Shown piece after piece: positions 1-9,447 of a stretch of DNA of 58,433 nt (its first letter is position 1; every line of letters starts with the position of its first letter). A program made the translations under genes and the position numbers. The notes under the pieces were generated by a model. The model did no database searches and had not been told where the DNA came from. It worked only from the letters and a program-made list of their open reading frames with translations. This stretch comes from Candidatus Bathyarchaeota archaeon (GTDB lineage Archaea > Thermoproteota > Bathyarchaeia > 40CM-2-53-6): contig VBAX01000051.1 of the NCBI GenBank assembly GCA_005883075.1, forward strand, positions 1 to 58,433. Reading direction: 5' to 3'.

Positions 1-459
1 ACCTGGCGGCAGAGAGCAACCGCTGAAGAGAGTTGGAGGAAGAGTTGCGCCTGGTCCGGTGCATTTCATGGTGGCCGCGGTTATGTGAAATGATAAGCCC
101 GGTGCGAAGGCGTTCGGCATTATGGTCCAGCCCGTGATGTCTACAGCCAGATGTACTGGGTTATTGGGTTGCCCCAAGTCAGTACGCGCATATTGAGCGA
201 GTTGACAGTCGCCTATTGTTCCTGTAGTTCCGAGGGCTGTGCTTCCATTGCTGCCGCTGAAATCACACCATCCCCCCAAGCCGAAGGTTCCTGTTCCACC
301 TCCAGGTGGACCACACAGAGTGGGGACGTTGCATGTGCTGGAAAATCCGACCTGCCATTGAGCAGCATTGCCGTAGGCGTGTGCTCCAGGTAGCAGGGGT
401 CCCAGTAGCAGAAGACCTGCTGTGGCGATGAGGATCAGTATTCCACTGTGTTCGTTCAA
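1..459 (-). CDS. Secreted Cys-containing hypothetical protein (3' end outside window)
   Basis: Manual translation from TTG at 459: MNEHSGILILIATAGLLLLGPLLPGAHA-YGNAAQWQVGFSSTCNVPTLC..., open to position 1; signal-peptide-like N-terminus ending AHA. Not in ORF track. Confidence 0.7.
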   Translation of the reverse strand, partial: MNEHSGILILIATAGLLLLGPLLPGAHAYGNAAQWQVGFSSTCNVPTLCGPPGGGTGTFGLGGWCDFSGSNGSTALGTTGTIGDCQLAQYARTDLGQPNNPVHLAVDITGWTIMPNAFAPGLSFHITAATMKCTGPGATLPPTLFSGCSLPPG

Positions 460-689
460 GGGTTCTTCGACGGTTGGTCAGGATGATGTTTCTTAAGTCT
501 ATGCAATAATACTCTATCGTTAGGTATCTCTGGACTACGGAACACGAACGCGTGAAATTATGTGGGTCACACCCTGAAACAGTATCAGGTAGAATGCTAG
601 AGTAGGCAGGCTCACTCTCCCTTAGGTCCTGCTCGACGAAGAGACGCTACCAGCCCAAATGATAGTAATCTTCCCAAACGTGCTGCGTG

Positions 690-1670
690 CTAGATCATTG
701 TTCCAAGATAGGACATGGCAATGGCGAGTATGCCTGCGGCTGGCAGAGTCACGAGCCAGGGCAAGAGCATCGATCTCAACGAGGATTTGATCACACTGCC
801 TCGTCCACCAATTCCAGCGTTCGACCCTTCGTGAACCTGAGTCGTGGACATTGGCGCTCCAAGAAAGGCCCCGGCAGACACCACTAGAGCGGTGGCCGCC
901 CCAGCCTTCGACCTCTGGACTTGGTCCAGCGCAGCATGCCTACCAATAGCAGTCACCACCACGCGATGACCCAATACCAATGAACCGAGCAAGACCGCTA
1001 CGGCAACAATCGAGTAAGGAACCCAGGTCGCCTCAGAGGGATTGGCGAGGAGAAAGAAAGCTCCCAGAGCCGCCATCTTCGGAGCATCGTTAATCCCTCT
1101 CGCGTAGGCAACCGCTGCCCCGGACCCCCAGTGCTCGATGCTGGCAAGTCGAGGTCGCTGCTTTCCAGGCATTCCCGTTCGACGTGTTAGTCTATCTAGG
1201 AGATAAATTCCCACGAGTGCAGCTATCGGTCCTCCCGCCAAGGGCAAGACAACTCTGACCAACAGGAACTCCCACTGCACCGCTGATACCCCAAACAGGT
1301 AGATTGCCAACAATACAATTGCGCCTACGATCGCGTGCGTCGAGGAGACCGGAAGCCGGAGAAGAGTTGCCGCAAGAATCCATAACGTTGCGCCAGCGAG
1401 CGCTGCCAAAACGAAAGAAGATTCTGGAGTAGTGTTCAGAAGGGTTTGGGGCGTGAAAACCGTGAAGAGTCTGCCTGAGACCAGGATTGCGGAGACGCTT
1501 CCAATGCCGGTGAAGAATCCTCCCCAGATGAGTGGCTTGCGCTTTGGAGGCGAGCCTGAGGGTCCCGGCATCATCAGTGACGCCACGCTTTTTCCTGCAT
1601 CGTTAGCGCCGTTCGCGAAGGCTAGCGCGAACAGAGCCGCGAGGCCTATCTCTTCAATAGACAGTATCAA
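690..1670 (-). CDS. Inorganic phosphate transporter, PiT family
   Basis: Signature motifs ANGANDAG, PVSSTHAIVG, GINDAPK, PMSTTQ; multi-TM. Confidence 0.9.
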   Translation of the reverse strand: MILSIEEIGLAALFALAFANGANDAGKSVASLMMPGPSGSPPKRKPLIWGGFFTGIGSVSAILVSGRLFTVFTPQTLLNTTPESSFVLAALAGATLWILAATLLRLPVSSTHAIVGAIVLLAIYLFGVSAVQWEFLLVRVVLPLAGGPIAALVGIYLLDRLTRRTGMPGKQRPRLASIEHWGSGAAVAYARGINDAPKMAALGAFFLLANPSEATWVPYSIVAVAVLLGSLVLGHRVVVTAIGRHAALDQVQRSKAGAATALVVSAGAFLGAPMSTTQVHEGSNAGIGGRGSVIKSSLRSMLLPWLVTLPAAGILAIAMSYLGTMI

Positions 1671-1859
1671 AGGCAGCTCACTCCAGATCTAGTTGTCTCA
1701 CGAATAATTGCCTGGTCGATTGCATTGAATGGAGCGAGTGAAATTTCGCTTCGTTTTTCAGTCCCGAATAGACCATGTCTTTCCAGAATTTGAGAGTTCG
1801 CGTAAATCTGTTCATGGTTTTCCGCTTCTGTACGGGCAAGCCATGAGAGGGATGCGGTC

Positions 1860-2783
1860 CTAGCTTCGTGGCGTATCCCGCCCACCAACTTTTCCTAGCT
1901 CTTTGAGCCGGTTCAGCCTGTCTTGTTCGTCTGCGAGCCTGGGATCCTTTGAGAGTTCCTCGTAGGCGACGGCAAACCATCCCTGAGCCTCTTGTTCTTG
2001 GCCCATTACCATCATGCATTCCGCGATCTCCTCGTAGACGTATCCGCTCCTCCTGCCAGCCGCCTGATACTGCTCATACAGGTCTCGCTGCATTTCCAAG
2101 GCCTCCTCGGTATGATCCATCATCCGGAGAGTCTTAGCAACGCACCACTTTGCTATCATGATCTTGTTTGGGTCGCCTTGTTGTTCCTGGAACTCTCGAG
2201 CTTTCTCGAACATGAGGAGGGCTTCTTCGAACTGTCGTTGTTCGAAATAGGTCCAGCCTAGGTTGTTGTAGAGACTGCCCCTCCATTTCCTTGCCTTTTC
2301 GTCCGTCGAGTTCTCGGCAAGATCCAGCGCCTTCAGGTTCCACTGCAACTGTTTCTCAGGCGGCTCCACGATAGCTATCATATGGGCGGCGTCAACGGCA
2401 TAGAAGTCCTCGTTGGATTTGACAGCGAGCTCTAGCGCTTCGAGAAACAGGGGTCGAGCTTCTTCAGGTTTTCTTGACGAATTAAAGACCCTTCCTCGCT
2501 CAAGCAAGTACCGGACCCTTGTCTTAGCGTCTGTTTTGTCAAGGGCCTTTTGGACTCGGTCCAGAGTGTTATGAGCATCTTGGAATTTTCGTTGCAAGCC
2601 TTCCGTTCTTGCTATCTGGGTTAGAAGCTGTGATAGATACGAGAGGTCTAATGAGTCTAAGGCCACGGAAAGAAGTTCGCGGAACTTTTTCTCGGTCGCG
2701 CCTGGATGGTCGTAATCCCAGAGGCTGTCAAAGTCTGGAAGCTTGTTTTTTCGCGCGCTTCCATCGGCTAATTCGATCTCCAA
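1860..2783 (-). CDS. Tetratricopeptide repeat protein
   Basis: TPR-like helices, e.g. SLYNNLGWTYFEQRQFEEALLMFEKA. Confidence 0.85.
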   Translation of the reverse strand: MEIELADGSARKNKLPDFDSLWDYDHPGATEKKFRELLSVALDSLDLSYLSQLLTQIARTEGLQRKFQDAHNTLDRVQKALDKTDAKTRVRYLLERGRVFNSSRKPEEARPLFLEALELAVKSNEDFYAVDAAHMIAIVEPPEKQLQWNLKALDLAENSTDEKARKWRGSLYNNLGWTYFEQRQFEEALLMFEKAREFQEQQGDPNKIMIAKWCVAKTLRMMDHTEEALEMQRDLYEQYQAAGRRSGYVYEEIAECMMVMGQEQEAQGWFAVAYEELSKDPRLADEQDRLNRLKELGKVGGRDTPRS

Positions 2784-3033
2784 CCACCCTTGCGATGACC
2801 CGTGTTCTACTACTGTAAAGTATTGCTCTTGAGTAAAGTATTCAGTTGCAAAGAAGTGGGACTCGTGTCATTTGAGCAAATTGATACACGGTGTAAGCTG
2901 AGGGAGACTAAGTGTAGCTGCCGACGGCCACACGGCCGTTTCCTCCATAATGCCAAAGGCCCAACGAAGCTGATTGAAACGCAAGGAATGAACTCGTGAA
3001 AAGTAATTAAGCTCTGAAGACGAATAAAATTTC

Positions 3034-3507
3034 ATGAAACCTGCCCAGAAGGGCACGCAGAAGTCCGCCAAGAACACCACCGCGACCAGTAAGAAGTTCA
3101 AGGGATTTACGGACGAGGAACACGGCGCGATGAGGGATCGCGTCCAGGAACTGAGAGCGGACAAGGGGGACGGGGAAAGCGCCGTGCTCGCGAAGATCGC
3201 CGAGATGCCGGAACCGGATCGCACCATGGCCAAGCGGCTCCATGCTATCATCAAGGAAACCGCGCCAGCCCTCTCGCCGAGACTCTGGTACGGGATGCCC
3301 GCATATGCCACGACCGGCAAGGACGGCAAGGTCGTTTGCTTCTTCCAAACAGCGCAGAAGTTCAAAACCAGGTACGCAACGCTCGGCTTCAGCGACAAAG
3401 CGAACCTCGACGAAGGCGCCATGTGGCCAACCGCCTTCGCGCTGAAGGGGTTAACCGCCGCGGAAGAAGAAAGGATCGCCGCGCTAGTGAAGAAAGCGGT
3501 GAAATAA
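3034..3507 (+). CDS. DUF1801/YdhG-like protein
   Basis: Motifs [33 protein letters not shown]. Confidence 0.8.
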   Translation: MKPAQKGTQKSAKNTTATSKKFKGFTDEEHGAMRDRVQELRADKGDGESAVLAKIAEMPEPDRTMAKRLHAIIKETAPALSPRLWYGMPAYATTGKDGKVVCFFQTAQKFKTRYATLGFSDKANLDEGAMWPTAFALKGLTAAEEERIAALVKKAVK

Positions 3508-3564
3508 GCATGCTTTTCTCGACCCCCCGGGGTGGTCGATTTTCCCGCGCCCCGCCCTTCGTGA
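3502..3564 (+). repeat. 63-bp dispersed hairpin repeat, copy A
   Basis: 58/63 identical to the reverse complement of 24632-24694; contains TCGACC...GGTCGA stem. Confidence 0.85.
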
Positions 3565-3585
3565 GAATCAGTATTTCCGACCCTT

Positions 3586-4617
3586 TCAGAGCTTCTCTTT
3601 TGGGCCGGGGTCCGGGACATTTCTGTAGAAGACTTTCACATACGGTCTTGTAAGATAGATAATCGCAATGATGGATGTCGGAAACTCGATACCGTTCCCA
3701 GTGAGCAACCCAGAAAGCAACTCAGGACTCGCACCCAGCGAGGATGCATCCAAGAAAATCGAAGATATGCTTGTTGCGATTCCAAGACTCCAAGCCCAGC
3801 TCTTGCCCGTCCGGAGAACCAGCCCCGCCAGAATCTTGAGAGAGCCGAGAGCCAACGCGACGAACGCTAGAACCAATAATATTGTTGAGATTAGTCCAAT
3901 AGTTCCCGCCGGGAGGCCTATTCCTGAAAAGTCAGACGCAGTGATGACCGGCGGAAAGAGGATGTTTCCGACCCCAGCAAGTATGAGGTTTGCCCCACCG
4001 AGAATGGACAAGGCCGCGATAAAGGAGATACCCCTAGGCATCCTACCTTCAAGAACAGTGTCATGCTTCACGAACACCTCTCTCAGAATAACGACGATTC
4101 CGACAAGCGCGAGAGGCGTTCCAAAGCTCAATGATCCGAAAGCAAAGAGAATGAGCGAGAATCCTGTAACGAACACGCCTAGAAGGGCCAGGCCTTCACG
4201 GGTCATCAGATACGACACCTCCCTCAACAGCAGACTGCGATACCTGATGACCAAGAGAAGCAGTATACTAGCCGAGATTGCTCCGATGAAAAAATCATAG
4301 GTCAGCTCAGACTGATAGTTGCCGAGGGTAAGAAGGAGTCCAACCTCGTCACCAATGAACCCCGCACCGAGACCATACATCACCGCGTAAGCCCTATCGA
4401 GCCGCTCACTCTTCCAAGTGATCGCAAGCCAGCCCGCAATCCCCATCAAAGCTATCCCATACCAGAAATGATGGAAGTGGATGCCCTGTTGTTGGATCAC
4501 AATCGTCGGATTGAGTGTTGCAAAAAGCCGTGACCCAAAGAAACTGATTATGAACGATAATAGACCGATGAAGGAAAGGGCCGGACGAAACGTGCCTATG
4601 TGAAACCTTTGGAGCAT
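3586..4617 (-). CDS. Multi-pass membrane protein with HFHHFWYG motif
   Basis: 343-aa hydrophobic ORF, many predicted TM segments. Confidence 0.75.
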   Translation of the reverse strand: MLQRFHIGTFRPALSFIGLLSFIISFFGSRLFATLNPTIVIQQQGIHFHHFWYGIALMGIAGWLAITWKSERLDRAYAVMYGLGAGFIGDEVGLLLTLGNYQSELTYDFFIGAISASILLLLVIRYRSLLLREVSYLMTREGLALLGVFVTGFSLILFAFGSLSFGTPLALVGIVVILREVFVKHDTVLEGRMPRGISFIAALSILGGANLILAGVGNILFPPVITASDFSGIGLPAGTIGLISTILLVLAFVALALGSLKILAGLVLRTGKSWAWSLGIATSISSIFLDASSLGASPELLSGLLTGNGIEFPTSIIAIIYLTRPYVKVFYRNVPDPGPKEKL

Positions 4618-4775
4618 TGGAATCTGCGAGAATTAGTTTTGCAATAATAGGGTTTAGGACGCGGAAGCGTCGAAGCTCCTCATCCTTTCACTGCAGTTTC
4701 TAAGCCATCGTTAAGATCTGAAATAATAGGCATGGCTTTCAACGCTTATATCGGATTTTCCTCAATACTCACCAC

Positions 4776-5174
4776 GTGAAGTCGTCTAACCGAATTATCA
4801 TTGAACACATCAGCCACAATCCGCATGGAAAAGATGCTTCCGACAAGCTGAACGAAGAATTTGTTGTTCTCGAAAACGAGGGAACCGAAAAAATCTCACT
4901 AGCAGGCTGGACTCTCACCGACGAGACCGCTACAGGAGTGAGACGCCACACCTACAAGTTTCCACAAACAGTCTCCCTCTCCTCTCGCGAGAAGGCCTAC
5001 GTTCACACTGGGCCAGGAGAGGATTCGTTCGAAGAAGGTAAACCCTCCAAATGGATCCTACACTGGGGAAGACACGCTTTCGTCTGGAACAACGAAGGCG
5101 ATACCGCCACACTCTTCGACGCCAAAGGAAACAAAGTAGACTCGCTCCAAGTGGTCGCCCTCAAAGCGACCTAG
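4776..5174 (+). CDS. Stand-alone lamin-tail-domain (LTD) protein
   Basis: EEFVVLEN...ISLAGWTLTD...VHTGPG...VWNNEGDTATLFD matches the LTD pattern. Confidence 0.85.
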   Translation: MKSSNRIIIEHISHNPHGKDASDKLNEEFVVLENEGTEKISLAGWTLTDETATGVRRHTYKFPQTVSLSSREKAYVHTGPGEDSFEEGKPSKWILHWGRHAFVWNNEGDTATLFDAKGNKVDSLQVVALKAT

Positions 5175-5181
5175 TCCACGC

Positions 5182-5667
5182 CTAACGAGTAAGGGCCGGC
5201 GTTCTAGTCCTGACGCTCCTGCGTATCAGAGAGAGGGAGACAAGAGCTGTCACAACCCCGTAAACCAAGTGGAAGATGAAGCTGCCTCCATCAAACATCA
5301 AGTTCGAAAGGTCAGCAGGAGCAAGAAGATCCGTAATCGGTACGTAGACCAGAATCCAGACCGCGATTCCACCCAGCAGGCCTACCCAGAAGCTCTTCCT
5401 TGTCGTATCAAGAGCGAACCGTTTGAACAGCGCAGTGGTTGCGATGAATATTCCACCGGCGATGAGGCCTACGAGGAAGTGCAAAGCCCAACCAGTCAAT
5501 AGTGGAGAAGCTAGACCAAGTTTCCGCGCGATGGTCACATAGAATACTTCCTGGTCGAGAACGAACGCGCTGAGGCCTGCGAGAATGCCTAGAGCTAGAG
5601 CGCCAACAATCCCGCCTATCGCTCCAGCCTTCAAGCCTCGAAATGCGGAATAACTCGGGAACTGCAT
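5182..5667 (-). CDS. Small membrane protein (~4 TM)
   Basis: Hydrophobic ORF with GWALHF and FHLVYG His-containing helices. Confidence 0.75.
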   Translation of the reverse strand: MQFPSYSAFRGLKAGAIGGIVGALALGILAGLSAFVLDQEVFYVTIARKLGLASPLLTGWALHFLVGLIAGGIFIATTALFKRFALDTTRKSFWVGLLGGIAVWILVYVPITDLLAPADLSNLMFDGGSFIFHLVYGVVTALVSLSLIRRSVRTRTPALTR

Positions 5668-5850
5668 AGAACCTTAGAATGGGGCTCTGCCTGATTTCAG
5701 TAACTTGCCACCCGAGCTACGATGATCGAGTACTCAGTGTCTGACAGCTCTTGTCCCGAAGGTTCTATGGACTGATTCGAAAGTGGTGCGATGGATACAA
5801 TAAAGCTCAGCCTCTATCGTGGATAGGGGTAACAAATAGGGACCGTAGCC

Positions 5851-6336
5851 TTGACTGTAGACATAAATGACCCTGTGGTTCTGAGTACTATCGCGCAAAC
5901 GGCCGTCTTGACCCTTACCCTAGTTATTTTCATAATGTCATTTCGAAGCCAAAACAATGCCAACAAAGAAGCAGCATATCAGAAGGTCTTGGATGATTAT
6001 ACGGACGCGTTCCGAATGCTTGTAGACAAGCCTGAACTGGCCAAGCTTCAAAGCGAAATGGCGAGAGCGGCCATTCCAGGTTCGAGCACTGCGTCACTCT
6101 CACCGGAAGATATGACGGCTCGAAACTATCTCATGCTGCTCTACGGACTTTTTGAGAGAACACACCTGCTCTACCGAAGGAAATGGATTGATCAAGAAAC
6201 CTGGAACCAGTGGTCTGCTTTCCTAAAGGTAGTTGCGAAACACCCGCTGTTCAAAGATGTTCATCGGACAGGGGAAGGAATGTACGACAAGCCCTTCATG
6301 GAGTACGTCTCCAACATTCTGAACGCCAAGAGCTAA
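5851..6336 (+). CDS. Hypothetical protein with N-terminal TM helix
   Basis: 161-aa ORF: one hydrophobic segment, then a helical domain. Confidence 0.7.
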   Translation: MTVDINDPVVLSTIAQTAVLTLTLVIFIMSFRSQNNANKEAAYQKVLDDYTDAFRMLVDKPELAKLQSEMARAAIPGSSTASLSPEDMTARNYLMLLYGLFERTHLLYRRKWIDQETWNQWSAFLKVVAKHPLFKDVHRTGEGMYDKPFMEYVSNILNAKS

Positions 6337-6384
6337 GACTAGAAGCGTGATCGATGTTTCCTGCTGTAGCAGGAACAGTGTTTT

Positions 6385-7860
6385 CTAGCTGAATATGGGC
6401 CGTTCAAACTTCATTCTCGGGTTCTTAACGCGCAGAGCGATCAGTAACCCGATTGCACTAATAATTGTGGCGGCGAGGAATGCATATTGGAATCCAGTGA
6501 CCACGCCCGCTAGTGACCCTAGTTGGCTCGCAGGTCCAACGGGAGGCGGGTCCGTAACAGTTGCAATCGTCAGTAATATGGCGAGTCCCACGGGGAAACC
6601 GACTCGCTGAGAAGTGCCAATTATCCCTGAGGCTAGGCCCTCTTCCCCCGGCCTTGTCCCAGCCAGCGCGGCAATGTTCAGTGCAGGAAATCCTATGCTC
6701 GCTCCGAAGGACCAAACAAGCATACCGGGCAATATTCCGAAGTAACCACTGGTTACTGTAATCTGAGTAAGCAGAGCGGACCCCAGAGTGATTAACGACA
6801 TTGACGTCACCAGGACGAGCTTCAGGCCAACCCGGTTCACGAGCCATGATGAACCCCAGCCTCCCACAAAGAAGAATATGAGTGCAGGTGGGACGAACTC
6901 AAGGCCTGCAGCAAGTTGTGAGTAGCCGGACACTCGCTGAAGATAGATGGTCAGTAGGAAGATTACTCCTCCGGCTGACGAGGTTAGTATGAGGGCAAGG
7001 ATGTTCGCGGTAAAGACTGTGCCTCGCCGTAGGAACCCTAGCGGCATTAGCGGTGACTTTGATCGAGACTCTATTGCAATAAAGCCTGCCAAGACTAGGG
7101 CAGAGATTGCGAGAGGCACAATCGTGTAGAGGGAGGCAAATCCATCAGTTGAAGCATTTGTCAATGAATACACTAGCAGTATCAGTCCACTCGTCACGGA
7201 AAGCGCCCCAGGCAGATCTAGATGTTTGTCCGCTGCTCGCCCTGGATGGCTAACTAGGAACTTCTGGGAGAGGATAGCAGCGACGGTACCAATTGGGACG
7301 TTAACAAATAGGACTGATCTCCAACCGAACGCGGCCGTGAGGACCCCTCCAGAGATCGAGCCTGCAGCGAAACCTGCTGATAGTACAGAGACGAAGATGC
7401 CGAGCGCGCGGTTCCGTTCTTTCCCTTCTGGAAAGGTCGTCACGAGAATCGCGAAGGCGGTGGCGGTGGAGATGGCAGCTCCTATACCCTGAATTGCCCT
7501 TGACACGATCAGCGACAAAAGTGACGGGGCTAAGCCTCCGGTAAAGGAGGCGACTGTAAACAGGACGATTCCAAAGACGAACAGTTTCTTTTGACCGTAG
7601 ATGTCTCCTGCTCTGCCGCTGAGCAAGAGAAAACCTGCCAATGTGAGTCCGTACGCTCCTATGATCCACTGGCTCTCGGCGAGAGAGATGACGAGTTCAG
7701 TCTGTATGGTGGGTAGTGCAACTTGGACTATTGAGAAGTCGATGACGTCTAGGAATCCGGCGGTGATGATCAATGCGAGAATTAGTCTGGTTCGAGGTTT
7801 GGTGAGAGCGGAGATTCTAGGCTTAGGGTCTTCGCTCCTTTGAATTGTTACCTGTTTCAT
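6385..7860 (-). CDS. MFS drug/H+ antiporter (DHA2, EmrB/QacA-like)
   Basis: DFSIVQVALPTI, GRAGDIYGQK, WRSVLFVNVPIG motifs. Confidence 0.92.
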   Translation of the reverse strand: MKQVTIQRSEDPKPRISALTKPRTRLILALIITAGFLDVIDFSIVQVALPTIQTELVISLAESQWIIGAYGLTLAGFLLLSGRAGDIYGQKKLFVFGIVLFTVASFTGGLAPSLLSLIVSRAIQGIGAAISTATAFAILVTTFPEGKERNRALGIFVSVLSAGFAAGSISGGVLTAAFGWRSVLFVNVPIGTVAAILSQKFLVSHPGRAADKHLDLPGALSVTSGLILLVYSLTNASTDGFASLYTIVPLAISALVLAGFIAIESRSKSPLMPLGFLRRGTVFTANILALILTSSAGGVIFLLTIYLQRVSGYSQLAAGLEFVPPALIFFFVGGWGSSWLVNRVGLKLVLVTSMSLITLGSALLTQITVTSGYFGILPGMLVWSFGASIGFPALNIAALAGTRPGEEGLASGIIGTSQRVGFPVGLAILLTIATVTDPPPVGPASQLGSLAGVVTGFQYAFLAATIISAIGLLIALRVKNPRMKFERPIFS

Positions 7861-7889
7861 CTCGTTTCACTCGCTAGAGTTTGGATCTC

Positions 7890-8093
7890 TTAGTTGAACC
7901 CTGCAGCGTCCGCAGAATGTGGATGCTGCTTGTTCGGTTCTAATTCTTCGGCAAAAAGTCTTCGTATCATGGACATTATCGATCGTTTCTCAGTTTGGTC
8001 CTTCTTTTTGCGGATGAATGAGTAGTAATTCTTGGCTGACTCCCGCACAACTGTCAGGTGTAATGACTCGTGAGGCTCTGAATCTTCAGACAT
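7890..8093 (-). CDS. Small hypothetical protein upstream of the MFS gene
   Basis: 67-aa ATG ORF preceded by TATA plus operator copy at 8117-8142. Confidence 0.5.
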   Translation of the reverse strand: MSEDSEPHESLHLTVVRESAKNYYSFIRKKKDQTEKRSIMSMIRRLFAEELEPNKQHPHSADAAGFN

Positions 8094-8116
8094 GTCCCGG
8101 TATGGGTCTCGTAAAC

Positions 8117-8142
8117 ATATAAACGTATTGATGAGCGTCTAT
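8117..8142 (-). promoter_or_regulatory. Putative ArsR operator + TATA box (copy 1)
   Basis: Minus strand ATAGACGCTCATCAATACGTTTATAT; near-identical to 8559-8584. Confidence 0.7.
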
Positions 8143-8150
8143 GCACGCTG

Positions 8151-8459
8151 TTACTTCATTCTGGGAGCAACCGTGATGGTTCCCAGGCCTAAGCGCCGCT
8201 GCAGCTCTGTCACATAGGCTGATAAGACCTCAGCTTTCACTTGATAAAAGCAGAATTGGCCCTGTTTTTCCTTATCCAAGATCCCGGCGATGGCAAGTTC
8301 CTTCAGGTGATGGGACACTGTAGGCTGGGAGACATTGAACATGGCGTGAACGTCTGAGCAGTTCATCCGTCTTGCGACAAGTTTCTGGAGTATCTCGCGT
8401 CGCTGGGGGTCGGCTAGGGCTTTGCTGATCCTGTCGAACTCTTCGGTTGCGAGCTTCAT
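8151..8459 (-). CDS. ArsR/SmtB family transcriptional regulator
   Basis: KALADPQRREIL...VSQPTVSHHLKEL...GIL. Confidence 0.92.
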   Translation of the reverse strand: MKLATEEFDRISKALADPQRREILQKLVARRMNCSDVHAMFNVSQPTVSHHLKELAIAGILDKEKQGQFCFYQVKAEVLSAYVTELQRRLGLGTITVAPRMK

Positions 8460-8484
8460 TACCCACGTCTAGTGCCCAGCGTGC

Positions 8485-8510
8485 GTATTAACATGTCGAT
8501 ATGTATCTAT
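8485..8510 (-). promoter_or_regulatory. Putative ArsR operator + TATA-like box (copy 2, arsR promoter)
   Basis: Minus strand ATAGATACATATCGACATGTTAATAC; same spacing as the other copies. Confidence 0.6.
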
Positions 8511-8558
8511 GGGCTCGGATTAGGCCTCTTTGTCCGTTGAACTTGTCTGGGAGTACAT

Positions 8559-8584
8559 ATAGACATTCATCAATACATTTATAT
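8559..8584 (+). promoter_or_regulatory. Putative ArsR operator + TATA box (copy 3, thioredoxin promoter)
   Basis: ATAGACATTCATCAATACATTTATAT, ending 24 nt before ATG 8609. Confidence 0.7.
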
Positions 8585-8608
8585 TCAGACCAGCCCAATC
8601 ATACGGAT

Positions 8609-8989
8609 ATGAACAAACAAGACATGACCAGCAAGAAGGTAATTCCGGTAAACGAAACCGATTTCGATTCCGCTGTCCTCCGATCCGATGTTCCAGTGTT
8701 TGTTGATTTCTACGCCGACTGGTGCGGGCCTTGTAACATGATCGCGCCAACCATAGAGGCACTGTCCGAAGAGTACGATGGAAAGGTCAAGTTCGTCAAG
8801 ATCAACGTGGACAAGAACCAGCAGCTCGCTATGAAATACGATATCATGAGCATACCAACTGGCATGCTGTTCGAGAACGGAACCGTCAAGGACAGTCTCA
8901 TAGGGGCATACCCAGCTTCTGCCTACCGGCAACGCATCGACAACGCACTGGGTCCCATGGGTCTGTCACAGCCCAGGAGTGAGGCATAG
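8609..8989 (+). CDS. trxA: Thioredoxin
   Basis: VDFYADWCGPC and IMSIPT motifs; start moved to ATG 8609, downstream of the TATA box. Confidence 0.95.
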   Translation: MNKQDMTSKKVIPVNETDFDSAVLRSDVPVFVDFYADWCGPCNMIAPTIEALSEEYDGKVKFVKINVDKNQQLAMKYDIMSIPTGMLFENGTVKDSLIGAYPASAYRQRIDNALGPMGLSQPRSEA

Positions 8990-8992
8990 GAC

Positions 8993-9127
8993 ATGAGCCA
9001 TACCTGTCCCGTATGCGGAAGCATCAGCCCCTGCATCTATTCCGGACCCGTCTCGAACGCTCCATTCAGATACCATGACTGCCGCTTCTGCGGGTCCACC
9101 TGGAAAGAAGCATCAACCTCGAACTAG
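8993..9127 (+). CDS. 44-aa zinc-ribbon microprotein
   Basis: MSHTCPVCGS...YHDCRFCGSTWKE; starts 3 nt after trxA stop; below ORF-track length cutoff. Confidence 0.75.
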   Translation: MSHTCPVCGSISPCIYSGPVSNAPFRYHDCRFCGSTWKEASTSN

Positions 9128-9447
9128 AACAGAAAGCAGTCCTAGCCACCGGCGGTCTCCGCGAAAAAAATCGTCCATAATCAGCCCTATTCCTGAATCC
9201 AAGCCTACAATTTTCAGACACCAATTTTCCACGCCTATTCCTAGGGGACTCCACGGAGATCCGAAACAGCATGACAAGGCGAAAACAAGCCCATAATCCT
9301 CCCCGGACAGAACGGAACACTATCCCCGGAAAAACTGGACCCCCTCTAGTGTCGCTCTCCGCGTGGCCAGTTCCCCTCAAACCCTTCGCGAAAGTGACCC
9401 TACAAGCATGAACTTCCAACCTGCTAATCCGCGCCATGAAAACAAGC

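Noticed and set aside
265-285. Suspected frameshift at the G-run in the first ORF
   Set aside because: Recount shows the frame stays open (GTFGLGGWCDF)
2868-3620. 250-aa minus-strand ORF
   Set aside because: Antisense shadow of the GC-rich DUF1801 gene
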